From Paraspadella gotoi (taxonomy: Eukaryota; Animalia; Chaetognatha), in assembly GCA_051294375.1 (NCBI GenBank), contig CM119265.1:5863730-5927729 (forward strand): 64,000 bases of DNA, in the 5' to 3' direction. Within the stretch, counting starts at the first letter, position 1. Each line of letters begins with the position of its first letter. Positions 27,537-41,252 of this stretch are shown piece by piece. The notes under the pieces are model-generated. The model saw nothing but the letters and a program-made list of their open reading frames with translations, searched no databases and was not told the origin of the DNA. Both the position numbers and the translations under genes were made by a program.

Positions 27537-27950
27537 TTAATGAAGCTCCTCGTTCTCGCGTCGGCGGTGGAGATCTCCATCTTTTTGAGTGGGAGTTTTT
27601 ACCGACAAGTGGTCATCTCGCGTCGGCAAAGGGAACTCTTTTGTCGGCTACTTCGCGTCGGTTTCGACGAAGGCGTTCAAGAATTGACCACCGATACATG
27701 TAATGCAACGAGCCGCGCCTGAATTTCCTCGGCTACCTTTTTATTCAATTTCCTGATGAACTACGTGTACGTATTTGGGATGTTCTTCATGATTTCACGT
27801 TAATACACTTGCACCGGCATCGCAATCCTTCAAACGTATAAGTCTGCGTCGGCAACTTCTCTCGCATTTATTCCTTTGCCGACTTCCGACGATTTCGCCT
27901 TCGTTCGTGCGTCGGCGAGAGTCAGTTGATGGAAAAATTCTCTCGAGAGG
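27537..27950 (+). CDS. Probable next or terminal exon; consensus (V)NDSSSFSVAWEISNLLSGVFTDNVVIFASAKGNSFVGYFASVSTKAFQELTTIHCNATSAPNSYGYLFINFLMNYVYVFGMFFMI...
   Basis: gcAG acceptor at 27535-36. The phase-1 start (TT) completes the G left by the upstream exon to give GTT (Val). The frame was rebuilt by reconciling indels with the copy at 14564-14140(-). The 3' end is uncertain. Confidence 0.55.
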
Positions 27951-28035
27951 CGGAATACATGGAGGGAAACCGAATCCATTTTATTCGGGGATTATAGTCG
28001 AACGGAATAAACGTCTCTCTCTCTCTCTTTCTCTT

Positions 28036-28119
<84 letters not shown>

Positions 28120-28726
28120 CCGTTTTTTGTGCGCATCTCTGGCTCGTGATAACCTTTATTTTTTTTTGTGTTTTTATTTTGGCGACACGAAAAGAGACAA
28201 TCCAAATGGAATTTATGGTAACGAAAACAACGATTCTATGGAAAAATATTTCATGATATTTGAAAAGGTGCTTTTCAATGGAACCAACCATATATTTGGA
28301 GAATACAATTTTTTTCTTCAATACTACTAATTGACTTATTCGATGTTGCCTTTTCTTTTGTCAAGTGTAATAAAGATGGCGACTCGAAACTTAAATTTTT
28401 TTTTTGTTCGATCAAACGAGGGCGCTGCGTGAGAATTTCCGGAAAAAAAAGGGCGGATGGCCGGATGGAAATCGGTTGTGGGTGACTCGTAACTCTTCTC
28501 ACTTTCTCCTCGTAACTGTTCACAACCTCACAACCTCACACCCGAAACTTTTTTTTTCTCTCGAAACCCAAGCCTCTTTTTCTTTCCCCTCGTTTTCTTT
28601 TTTTCCAATTTTTTTGATTTTTTTTTTTTTTTTGCGGTTCTCTTTTTCTTCTATGTCGTTGGTTATTGTCTCCCTCTTTTACTTTCTCTCTTTGTCTTTC
28701 TCTCTAGTTCTTAATATATATCTACA

Positions 28727-28813
<87 letters not shown>

Positions 28814-28830
28814 TTATTTATCTATCTATC
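28727..28830. repeat. (TATC)n tetranucleotide microsatellite
   Basis: Near-perfect run of ~25 units. Confidence 0.95.
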
Positions 28831-28998
28831 TTTCGATCTATTCAGTGATATATGTAATTAGTATTTACTATCTAGATGCATCTTGCTCAATTAAGTCCAT
28901 ACTATCACTTTATTTACTCTTTCAAACCTTCCCCTATTTGCTCGCCTTCTTCTCCTTACCCTCTCTTCCCTTCAGCTACCCAGATGTTTAGAATCGGA

Positions 28999-29053
<55 letters not shown>

Positions 29054-29223
29054 CGAGAGAGAGAGAGAGAGAGAGAGTTGACCTTGGATTTTCTTGGAAT
29101 TATTCCATATCTTAATCCCGGAATCGACGTGGGAGTCAAGGCCCGGCCTTTCTCCAAATATGGGAACCCACAAAAAAAAAGACCTCCCAGACCCCCGAAA
29201 AAAAGAGAGAGAAGAGAGAGAGA

Positions 29224-29276
<53 letters not shown>

Positions 29277-29939
29277 TGAGTTTGAAATCAGTTTCGCATG
29301 TTTGTTCTTTTTCTTCCTCATTTTCTTCCTCTCCCTTTGCTGCGGAATTTTTTCCTCTGTTGGGTCGTAAAGTTTGGCAAAAGTGTATCGTCGTGTCTCT
29401 CTGCAACAAATAAGACTGACAAGGACGACAACGATGACAACGACGACGAAAATGACGAACAAACAGCTCATCGACGAAGACTGCAAACGAACCGAAGACG
29501 TTGAAGATTTTAAATATCACAACGAAGCTTTAAAAATATGAGAATTCAGTAATCAGTATACGGGATATAATGAGACGACGACAACGACAATGACAAAAAC
29601 ATCACTCGTCTAACTTAACAAAAATTAAACTTAAAAACCGCGTGCTTTTGTTCGCGATCCTCCGCAACTAACCCCCGAGGCTTTAATTTTTTGTACAAAA
29701 TTTGTTTCTCCTTTTTGTTAAATTTTTCTCCTACTTTTTTTCCCCGCGCTTTCCTTCCCTTTTCGTCTTCTTTTTTTATTTTTCTCATTTTATTTGATTA
29801 ATTGGAATTCTTTTTCCCAAACTCCCTTTTGCCGTTGCAATCCAAGGAGAGAGGGAGGAGGGAAAATGTTCGACAACAATTTTGTGAACGAAACAAATGT
29901 GAGAAGCTAAAAAAAGTTATGCTATATAAAAGAGAAGAG

Positions 29940-32900
29940 ATCATACCAGGCCTCGCTATCCGCACACTGAATCGCACTACACACTCGAAGTGCCAAATTA
30001 GTAATCTGTGGACAGCAGAAAATTTTCGATACAGCCTCGCTATCCACACCGTAACCACTACACCTCCTGAAGGCCATTTAGTAATGGTGGACAGGCAGAA
30101 AATTTCATACAGCCTCGCTACCTTCACACCTGTAACGCAACATTACACCCCATCTGAATGCATAGGTAAGTGGACAGCAGAACAATTTCATACAGCCTCC
30201 GCTACCACATCCGTTAACCACTACACTCTGAAGCCATAGTGAAGTGTGGACAGCAAGAAAATTTCATAGCAGCCTTTCGCTACCCACCTGTACTCACTAC
30301 ACTCTGAAGCCATGTAAGGTGGACAGCAGAAAATTTTGCATACAGCCTTCGGCTACCACGCTCACCTGTTAACCCACTACATCTGGAGCCATAGTAAGGG
30401 TGGACAGCAAAAATATTTAATATGCAGCCGTCGCTATACCCACTCTGTAACCACTATCCCTCTGAAGCCATAGTAGGAGGTGGACAGCAGAAATTTCATA
30501 CAGCCGCTCGTCTACCCACCACTGTAACCAAGCTACAGGCTCTGAAGCCATAGTAAGGTGGAATGGAGCAGAAATATTTCATACAGCCTCGCTACCGCCA
30601 CCTGTAACCACTACGCTCTGAGCCATAGTAAGGGTGAATTCAGCAGAGAAAATTTCATTATCAGCCTCGCACCTTCCCGTGTAACCACTACATCTCTGAA
30701 AGCCATAGGTAAAAGGTGGTACAGCAGAAAATTTCATACAGCCTCGCTACGCACCTGTAACCACTACAACTCTGAATGCCATAGTAGAGGTGGTGACATG
30801 CAAGAAAATTTCATACAGCCTCGCCTAACCCGCACCGTGTACTCACTACACTCTGAGGAAGCAATAGGTAAGGTGGACAGCGAGAAAATTTCATACAGCC
30901 TCGCTACCCACCTGTAATCGCACTACACTCTGAAGCCATAGTAATGGTTGGAACAACCATGCAAGAAAAATTTCATACAGCCTCGCTACCGCACCTGTAT
31001 AGCCACTACAGCTCTGAGCCATAGTAAGGTGGACAGCAGAAAAATGTTCATACAGCCTCTGCTACCCACTTGTTTAAAACCACTTACATCTCCTGAAGTG
31101 TCCATAGTAAGGTGGAATCAGGCAGAATAATTTCAATACAGCTCGGCCTACCCATCCTGTGAACGCACTACACTCTGAAGGCCATAGTAAGGTGGACCAG
31201 CAGATAAATTCATACAGCCTGCGCTACCGCACGCTGTAACTCACTACACCTGAAGCCATAGGTAAGTGGAACAGCAGAAAATTTCATACCAGGGCCTCGG
31301 CTATTCCCACTGTAACCACTTACATCTCTGAAGCCATAAGTAAGGTGGAACAGCAGTAATAAATTTCATACAGTCTCTCGCTATCCGTCATCCCTGTAAT
31401 CGCACTACACTTCTGAAGGCCATAGTAAGTTGGATCAGTCAGAAAATTTCATACAGGCCCTCGCTATTCCGCATCAGCTGTAACCACTACAGTCTGAAGG
31501 ACCATAGTAAGGTTGGTAATCAGAGAAATAATTTCATAGCAGCCTCGCGTGATCGCTCACGCTGTTAAGCTCACTACATCTGCATGAAGTCCATAGTATA
31601 GGGTGGACAGCAGAAAATTCTCATACAGCGTCTATCTGCCTACCCCATCCTGTTAAGCCCACTACATGTCTTCCTGAAGCCCATGAGTGAAGGTGGACGA
31701 GCGAGAAAATTTCATAAACAGGGCTCGGCTACCGCCTGGCACGCTTGTAATCGCACTACAGCTGCAGGGGGGGAAGCCATAGTAAGGTGGACAGGCAGAA
31801 AATTTCATACTAGCGCTTCGCTACCGCTGGCACGCTGTAAAGCCACTAACTCTGAGCCCCATGATGTAAGGTTGGACAGCAGAAAATTTCATACAGCCTT
31901 GCGGCTAGCTCACGTCTGTAACCTACTACAACTCCTGAAGCCATAGTAAGGTGGCACAGGCAGAAAAAGTTTCATAACAGCCTGTCAGCTTACCTCACCT
32001 GTAAACCACTAGCATCTGCTGAATATTGCCATTAAGTAAGGTGACAGCAGAAAATTTCATAACCAGCCGTCGCTACCGCACGGGCTGTAATCCACTACAT
32101 CTCTGAAGAGGCCAAGTAGAGGTGGAGCCAGTCAGAAAATTTCATACAGCTCTCGCTACGTCACCTGTAACCACTACACTCTTGAAGCCATGTAGTAAGG
32201 GTGGACAGCCAGAAGAATTTCATACAGCCTCGCTACCCCACCTGTAACCACTTACATTGCTCGTGATAGGGCCTATAGTAGAGGTGGGACAGCAGAAAAT
32301 TTCATTATCAGCCTCGCTATTCCTCACTCCCTGGTAACTCACTACTATTCTCTGTAAGCCATAGTAAAGTGTGGATCAGCGGATGAAAATTTTCATACAG
32401 CCTCGCTTACCTTCACGCTGTAACCACTACACTGCTGAAGGCCATAGTAAGTTGTGTGGAGCAGTGCAGTAAGAATTTCATACTGCCGTCGCTATCCCAT
32501 CTCTGTAATGTCGCACTACAAGATCTGCTGAAGCCAGTAGGTAAGGTGACAGCAGTAAAATTTTCATAAACTAGCCTGCTACCTCAAACCCCCTCTGTAA
32601 CCACTACAACTCGTGAAGCCATGAGTAAGGTGGACAGTAGAATATAATTTCGATAGCAGCCTGGCTACCTCACCATGTAAACCACTACACTCTCTGAAGT
32701 CCATAGTAAAGGTGGACAGCAGAAAATTTCATACAGCCTCGGCTTACCCACCTGTAACCGACTACACTCTGGAAGCCATAAGTAAGGTGGAGCAGCAAGA
32801 AAATTTTCATACACGCGCTCGCTACCGGCCCCCCTGTAACCACTACATCTCTGAAGCCATAGTAAGTGTGGTGAGCAGCAGAAATTTCATACAGCCTCGC

Positions 32901-33182
32901 TACCACCTGTAACGCACTGACACTCGAAAAGCTCATAGTAAGTGGACTAGCAGAAAATTTCATACAGCCCGCTACCCCACTCTCGTAAACCACTACCTCT
33001 GAAGCCATTTAGTAAAAGGTGACAGCAGAAAATTTCATACAGCCTCTGCTACCCACCTGTAACCATACACTCTGAAGCCCATAGTAAAGGTGGCAGCGAA
33101 GAAAAATTTCATAGCAAGCCTCGCTACCACTCTGTAACCACTACATTGCTCTGAAAGCCATTAGTAAGGTTGGACAGCAGAA
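29940..33182. repeat. Tandem satellite, ~40 copies of a ~70-bp unit CAGAAAATTTCATACAGCCTCGCTACCCACCTGTAACCACTACACTCTGAAGCCATAGTAAGGTGGACAG
   Basis: Head-to-tail units counted via CATACAGCC-like anchors. The observed period is ~80 bp because of scattered insertions. There are no unique spacers. Confidence 0.95.
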
Positions 33183-36100
33183 TTCCGCGCTATTGTGCTA
33201 ATTGCATTAAGGCCACCAGCCGCACCCAACCGTCCCAATAATTTGTTTTTGAATTTTATCTATTAGCAAACTAGCTTATCCTTGGAACTTTTGTTTGATG
33301 AAAAGTAATTGCCAGTATAACCACTTCATTTTTTGCTTGAAGTATCTTCAATTCTTTTTATATGGTTGTTAATTGTTAGAAAATGCAATATTCTAAGATT
33401 TTATTATTATTTTCATGGTCTCTATATACGATGTTAAGTTTTCCACTAAGCATTTTTTTTATTCTTTCATTTCTTAAAAATATAATACTACAATATCTGC
33501 CAAATTAGAGTTATACGAATACTCAAAAGGTTTTTTAAATAATGCAAAAATGACAGTCAGAGTAAAAATTGTTATTTACAAACGTTTAAAAATTATTTAA
33601 GAAAGGATAATTACATAAAAAAATTTATGAAACATGAGTACTGTGAGAAAGGCAGGGATTTTTTATTATTAAGCTGGTTTAACTAAAAAAGTATAATGTA
33701 ATTTCTCGTCGAATTTCGTTGTTTTGGTAAGTTTTTTAGTTACATACGTTTTTTTCTTATTTAAAAACAAACGGTTAAATTGAAACAAAAATAACGGACA
33801 TTGTTTTCGTCTCTGATGAGAGCCCATTTGCAGCGCGAAAAATATGTTTTGGTAAAAATAGTTTTTTTTCACCAGAATTGAAGAAAGTGAGAGATGAGTA
33901 GAGAGAGAACGAGATGAGAGGGACAGAGATAAATGGTTTTTAACAAATGTAATTTAGAAAATGGTCAGTGAGAGAAGAGTGGATAGAAGAAATGAAATTA
34001 GGTCAAATTGTTGGAGATACACTTAACTTTGTCTCAACTATCATCTGTTCCTTGTTCTCAATTTTGCTTTGTTGGGTTACCTTATCTTTGTTCTTCTCCT
34101 TTCTCTCCTCTCTCTCTTCTCTCTCTATCGAGGCCTACCGGCGAAATGCCGTTCAGTCTAGCGTATTGATCGGGTGAGATTCTTTGTGGAGGTAGTCGCG
34201 TCAATTCTGTCCGTCGGCGCGTCACGCAATTTTTATATAAAAACATACTAATGCTTTTAATAGGTTTTGGGCTGGAACTTATCCGTTTTTTTTTTTAATA
34301 AAAATCTAATTAATCAAAATTTACATGAAGTTTATAAACTGGTGCGAATCATTATGTAAAGTTTAAGAAATTTTGTAGATGATGGTCTTCTCTCTTGAAA
34401 TCAGCTCTTGAAATTTTTCATTATTTATCCATTTTTGGATTCTAAGTATTTTTTGTTGTAATTTTCTCACTTTCATAATGATTTTCTGAATAGTGCAAAT
34501 GGAATGATTATATGTTTACTTTCTATTTATAAATTTTCCATTATTTATGTATTGTTTATTTGATTCATTGAGTCAATTGAAGTGACTATGGCTATCGCAT
34601 TTCAATGTTAATGACTTATCATCTTATCATGAATGATTATTTCATTCATCATTCAGTGAATTTTACTATCATTTTGCATCAATCCATTTGGTTATTTATC
34701 ACATCAATTCATTTTTGGTTTAATCTATAAAATTTTCGATTCATTTTGTGTTATCATCGGTCTGGATCAATTTATTGGTTTATCATTTCGATTCAAATAT
34801 TCGGTTATCTTTCGGCATCAATCATTTTGGTTATCATCCCATGCGAAGGTTCCTTTGGGTTATCATGGCTGTAGTACCAATTATTTGTTGTTTATCAATT
34901 TTGAATGGGGAGGGTTTCTCGGAGTCCTATGTCTTTTAAGAGTTTTGTTTCTCTGCTTTCGCGTCTCTCTCTCGGTCTTTTTTTTCTCTCTCGGTTCGTG
35001 CTCTTTCTTTGCTCTTATTATGATTAGGTTGGGCTCGAAAGGAGTTTTTACTCTGGGGCAGAGGGGCGTTGAGGAAGTTAGCGGGATCTCTCTCTTGCTT
35101 TCTGCGTTTTGGTGTTTCTCTCGTCTTCTTGCTCTCTTCTTTCTCTTTTTGTTGTGGCTCTCTGGCTTTCGGGGCTTTCTGGTTCTTGTTGTTGCTCGGG
35201 GTGCTTTTTTTTTTTTGTTTTTTTTTCTTTTGGGTATAGGTGGCTTTTTTCTCTGTTGGGGGGTTTGTGTCTCTTTTTGGTTTTTGGGGGGTTTTTGCGT
35301 GGTTTATGTTTTTTTTTGTTCTTTTTTTTCTCTTTCTTTTTCTCTGTCTTTCGCTCTTTCTCGTGCTCTTTCTCGTCTTATTTTTATGGTGGTCAATTTA
35401 ATAGCGTTAGCAGGTTTGGCTTTTGTGTCTGATAGTTAGTCTTGCCATCTCTTATTCTCTCTCTCTTTTTCTCTCTCTCTTTTCGAGTCGTCTTTTTTTG
35501 GTTTTCTCTTCTTTTTTGTGTCTTCTGTTGTTTTTTTTTTCTTTGCCCTTTTCTCTCTCGTCTTTTTCTTTTTTGGTTCTTTTCGTCTTTTTTCTCTTTT
35601 GTTTTGTGTGTGGGTGTGTGCTGTGGCTGTGGGGTCGGTTCGTTGCTGGTGGTTGTGGGTGCTTGTGTTTTGTTGTTGCCTTTTATCTTGTTTTTGTGTC
35701 CGTTTTCTTGTTTAGTTTTTTTTTTTGCGGGGTTGGGTGTGCTTTCGCGTCGCGTCTGTCTCTTGCTTGTGAGTATGTTTCAGAGAACGTAGGCGATGCT
35801 GTGTGTGTCTTTTCTGATTTTTTTGTGGTTGGGTTAGTTATCTTTCGGGTACGCATGCTGCTTATTTCTCTCTTCTCTCTCTTTCTCTTCTCATCTCTAT
35901 CCTCTTCTTTCTCTCTCTTTTCTTTTTCTCTCTCTCCTCTTTTTCTCTCTCTGCCTCTTTTCGTCGCCTTCCGCAACTTCTTAGTTAATTTATATAGAAA
36001 ATAAAAATTTCGGATTTACATAAACTAGTCTACTTGCAGTCAGGATTCTTTCCTTAAAATCGAAAAACTCGCAAAAAATCTCGCAACAGGGGTTATGTCT

Positions 36101-36841
36101 AGACCACCACCCCACCATTGAATGCCTTTTGAAGTTAAATTTCGATGAATGCCCTAAATATTCTCCGACAGACTTAAAGCTGAACTTAAGGAAAATCCTG
36201 GAGGCTTATTTCATCAATCACTTGCAACTATTGCCACTGTATTGGCAACTTCATTCTAGCAAATATAATAAATAAATAGTCAACAGAAACCTTAGCGAAA
36301 AGAGCTTTGATTTGATATTAAAAATATATAGTTTTTTAATAAAAATATTGTTTTTATTTCTGTGACTGTGATAATAAATGTTTGTGGTAACCAAACAGCA
36401 ATCAAAAAATTCAATTTTGCATCGCAAAGACGGCGGGCATGAAAAATAATAATTCCCGTACTAAAACAAAAAAACGTAAATTAACGCTTTGAGGATAGTA
36501 AATTAGGCAAAGGAGATTTAAAGACAATGATATTTGTCCAAAAAAATCATATAGAAATTGCTAAAGTATCGACATGACTTTTTCCACGGTGTGGATTAGC
36601 ACTGGGTGCCCCCCACCAAAAAAAAAAGAAAAAAGAAACGTTATAACGTCGTCGACTTTTGTTCATCTTAGTTTTTTTTTTTTTTTTTCTTCTTATTCCC
36701 TTCCATCGTTTTCGTCTATCGCGGCCGAACCTCTATGCGGAAGCGTAACTAACTTCGTCGGCGAAAACGAGAGAAGAAAAAAGACGATCGTGAAATTTCC
36801 AAAACAAAAGACACGGACGACGATTAAAAAATCACCGCCAG

Positions 36842-36894
<53 letters not shown>

Positions 36895-37095
36895 GCAAAT
36901 TGTGGGGAAAGGAGAAATAGAGAAATGGTCGTGAAGGAGCGGAGGTGGGAGTATGAGAGAGAAGAGATAAAGAAAATAGAGATAGGGGAGAGAGAATAAA
37001 GTGAAGGGAGAGGAGAGAGGGGAGAGATGAGCGAAAGCCAGAAATTTCTATCCAGTCGACAGAGGTGCGTTTGAGGCGGGAAAAGTCGTCTCAGT

Positions 37096-37150
<55 letters not shown>

Positions 37151-38162
37151 GTCATCTCTCTCTCTCTCTCTCTACTCTCCTCCTTATTCGACTTGTGCAC
37201 ANNNNNNNNNNNNNNNNNNNNNNNNNCTCCGTTCATCGACTTTGGCACCAACCTCCCGGATTTTCCTTTTTTTGGCAAGAAAAAACAAATATGTTGGCAA
37301 ATAGAGGCGCCTGGAGTCGCGACGGTGGCCGAGTAGGAGGGTGAGGCCGTCTAGCGAGAGACCGAATTGCAGGGGGAGGTATTCTCACGGCGGCCATGGC
37401 GGAGAGTAAGGCTGTCTCGTATTGGATAAGTCAGAATGTGAGGATTTATCCTGGTGGCCAAATAAATTTTAATTGTATCCTTGTACCATTGAGTCATTGC
37501 GTAGAAATTGGTGAATACTGAAAAAAAAAAAAACATCATTTTAAATATGCGTAAATGAAAATATATATTATATCCAATTAATAAACCAATTAAAGTGAGA
37601 AAGTTAAGCCAAGTGAGAAGGTGACCCGAGAGTGAGATGTCTTGAGATGGCCGAATCACTGTTTGCTGACGAAGATAAGAAGGATAGGACTCAGAAAGGG
37701 CGATTGTCAGGAGTCCAGGGTGAGAAAGAGACAAAATCCCACCCGATGATAAGTACGACTCACATAGAATCTGGCAGAGACAAATCTGGCGCCGGCCACT
37801 GGCGACCGAGGGCGAGACGAAAAAAAAGAACCTGGAATTTTTGACTGGGGAGAGAAGAGAGGAAGAAAGAGGGAGAGAAGTGGTGAATTTAAAAGAAGGA
37901 GAAATTGAAAGAAAGGAGAGAGGAGGGAAAAAAAGAAAGCGAAAGAAAAAAGAAAAGAATTTCCAAAAATGAAATGCTTATGAACATTGAACATTGTTCA
38001 ATGAACAATCAAAGGTCATGACGAGTGAAGCAAAAGGGGACAGCGCAGAAATTGTCATTGCCCGGAGATTTAAAGGAGCGAGCCTGAGATAGGCAAACAA
38101 CCTGTCGCCATAGCGACGGCGATCTACGATGCACTGCTTTACGAACGACGACTTCATTCTCT

Positions 38163-38220
38163 GTGACGATGACGACGACGACGATGACGACGACGACGAC
38201 GACGACGAAGACGACGACGA
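38163..38220. repeat. (GAC)n microsatellite, one of many (also 39236-39281, 41214-41250, 56655-56682)
   Basis: Direct reading. Confidence 0.9.
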
Positions 38221-38944
38221 GAAGGACGATCACAAGATTGATGAGTCAACTGACGGATCGGCCATCGGATCTTCATCAGTTTTGTAGCAAAACGACGAAG
38301 ACGACGACGAAAAAAAAGCGTTTCCGTAATTTATAGTATTTTAATTTTCGTTGCTGTTTTTTATTACTTTTTCTTCCTTATTTTTATTTTTCTGACTTTG
38401 ATTCGGTCTTTACAATATATTACCAAAATGTTGAATTATTTTATTATGTTCGCATTCATTTTTTCTCTTTTTTTTCCTTCCCAAATATTTTTTATTCGTC
38501 TAGGGTTTTAGAGATAAGGGTCATCCGGGTTCATAGTTATCCTGCATCCGGCAGGGGGTTTAGATACAAGGATAGACTAACCAAAACACAGCAGGGACGA
38601 ACTTGAGAAAGAAGGTCTGAGGACCGTTTTCCGTCAAATCCTAAACTATCAATTGAGTCTCCAGCTCAATTCGACAGCCAAATAGAAACTTTCTACCTTT
38701 ATGCACAATCTGTCAAGTGCAATAGCACCCATCCAAATTCCATCCCGCCCACCCAGTCCCATCCAACCCTTCGGTCCTTCTCAACTTGAAACAGGAAACG
38801 CTAACAGCCAAAGAACTTCAATCACTGCCTCTGCTTTGGCACCAGGGCTACGAAAAAGGAGAAAAAACCCCCGGCGAATTTCGTATAATGTAACCCATAA
38901 AAACATTCTTTGTCTCTCTTTCTTTCTTTCTTTATTTCTTTCTT

Positions 38945-38948
<4 letters not shown>

Positions 38949-39028
<80 letters not shown>
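38949..39028. repeat. (CT)n microsatellite, representative of dozens of (CT)/(GA) tracts
   Basis: Direct reading; these tracts explain the SLSL/RERE ORFs. Confidence 0.95.
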
Positions 39029-39032
<4 letters not shown>

Positions 39033-39423
39033 CACTTCCCTCTCTTTCTTTTATCTACTTTGTCTCACTTTCGCTTCCTCTCGCTCTCTCTCGTTCCTGT
39101 CTCTGTCTCCTTCTCCTCTCTCACTGAAGAGGGACGAGCAATCAATTTCGTTTTCTTTTGACTTCGGTGACGTTAACTTTGGTAAACGAAAAGTTTTTTT
39201 TTTTATTATTATTATTCCGTTGCTGGTGAATCCTCTGTCGTTGTCGTCGTTGTCGTCGTTGTCGTCGTTGTCGTCGTCGTCAAAACTGTTGTAGTCGCCA
39301 CTCTAACTAAAACGGTTTTGGAATATAATTGTATGAAAACTATAATTATAATTATTAAACTAAAACTATCGAAATTGCCAAAATAAACCTTGGAAAAACA
39401 TTTTGAAAAATACTGCATTTTCA

Positions 39424-39874
39424 NNNNNNNNNNNNNNNNNNNNNNNNNNNNNNNNNNNNNNNNNNNNNNNNNNNNNNNNNNNNNNNNNNNNNNNNNNNNN
39501 NNNNNNNNNNNNNNNNNNNNNNNNNNNNNNNNNNNNNNNNNNNNNNNNNNNNNNNNNNNNNNNNNNNNNNNNNNNNNNNNNNNNNNNNNNNNNNNNNNNN
39601 NNNNNNNNNNNNNNNNNNNNNNNNNNNNNNNNNNNNNNNNNNNNNNNNNNNNNNNNNNNNNNNNNNNNNNNNNNNNNNNNNNNNNNNNNNNNNNNNNNNN
39701 NNNNNNNNNNNNNNNNNNNNNNNNNNNNNNNNNNNNNNNNNNNNNNNNNNNNNNNNNNNNNNNNNNNNNNNNNNNNNNNNNNNNNNNNNNNNNNNNNNNN
39801 NNNNNNNNNNNNNNNNNNNNNNNNNNNNNNNNNNNNNNNNNNNNNNNNNNNNNNNNNNNNNNNNNNNNNNNNNN
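39424..39874. other. Largest assembly gap (451 N); other sized gaps at 434-593, ~58969-59163, ~60837-61065, ~62172-62332, ~63035-63182, ~63442-63622
   Basis: N runs. Confidence 0.99.
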
Positions 39875-41214
39875 AAATATTGTTCCAACAAAACCGATGA
39901 GGTATAAAAACTTCACGGAGGTAATAGCGCGTGAATCCTGCTCTCAATTCAGTTCGAAGGGACCTTACCTTCAAAGAGTTAAGTCTCAGTCCCAACTCGA
40001 AACGATCAGCAGTATCATTTAAATTGCACATTGCATAATGCAAATGTCGCAGATCGATTCGCAGTTTCGCCAGTTAAAAATGTTTTAATATAAATTTTCA
40101 TCTCATAAATTTATTGTTAGATTAATTAATCATCGATCCAAATTTTTATAAAATTCAACTCGTTGTAATTGTAGTTTAGATGTTTTTGTTTGTAAAAAAC
40201 CATCGAATTCGCTGTTTTTGTTTTTTTAACAAATTTAAGCTTTATTTTATTCACTTCCTAAATTTTATTCTTTATGCGACATGAAAAACAAAAAAAATGA
40301 GAACAAAGAATCAAACAGAAAAATTAAAGAAAATAGAAAAAGCTCCAAGAAATGATGCGAAAAAAATGAAGGAAAAACTAGAAAATGACATCCGGAAATG
40401 AATGAAAACTCGAAAAGACGAATGAGTAGTAAGAAAAAATCCAAATGCGAAAAGAGAAAAAAGTGCATAAATAAAAAAAAAAATAGGAAAAGAGGAAAAG
40501 CGGAAAATAGAGGAAGAAAACAAGTTTGAAAAAAACGAAAATAAAAATAATGAAATACAAGATATAAAAAACGCCAACTAAAAAAAATCGTGGAAAAGCG
40601 ACGAAGGAACGATGACAGAAAAATTCTAAAGAGATTTCAAATATCTAGATCAAACACATATCGGACGAAACGAGCCATGCGCTGCAAATAAAACAGAGAG
40701 AGAGAGAGAGAGACGAGACGAGAGAGAGAGAGAGGAGAGAGAAGGAGAGAGAGATGAGCACGATGACGAGAGAGAGAGAGCCAGAGATGAAATATATTCC
40801 AAAACAAGTAAATTTTTTTTTAACTTTTAACGGCATCCTATATATTTTTTTTTTTATTGGCGTTTCGAATTCGACTAAAGAGACTTCGTTTTTGTCGTTG
40901 ATCATGAAATCTGAGAGCGACGCGGAATAAATTATCCTTTTATACAAAGAAAAAAGAAAAAGTTGGCAAATTCCCTAACTCAGTTATCAACGGAGGTGCA
41001 GGGGGCGGAGATCCGAGGAACCAAAAACCGCCCCAATCTTTTTTTTTTTTGCCATAACCGGAGACTAATTCGGGCAAGATGAATCAAAAGTTGAATTGTG
41101 AGCCAAAGAGGTCGTCAATGCTAAATATCTTTTAGTTTCGATGAGCGAAAACTGAATGGAGAATGCGAAAGAAAACTGCCTTATTTCTCCATTTAAATTC
41201 TGGCATTGGTAATA

Positions 41215-41252
<38 letters not shown>

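Noticed and set aside
2526-28125. Giant transposon TIRs or a biological palindromic amplification
   Set aside because: There is no transposase or TSD, the copies differ by random indels, junctions coincide with 25-N gaps or fold-backs, and one block is duplicated with identical errors.
29940-33182. CRISPR array or hammerhead-containing satellite
   Set aside because: The whole unit repeats with no unique spacers and no cas genes are present. CTGAAGC does not match the CUGANGA core, and no stems frame the GAAA.
34855-36004. Multi-pass membrane protein ORFs (194 and 193 aa)
   Set aside because: They are open only because A-poor sequence lacks stop codons.
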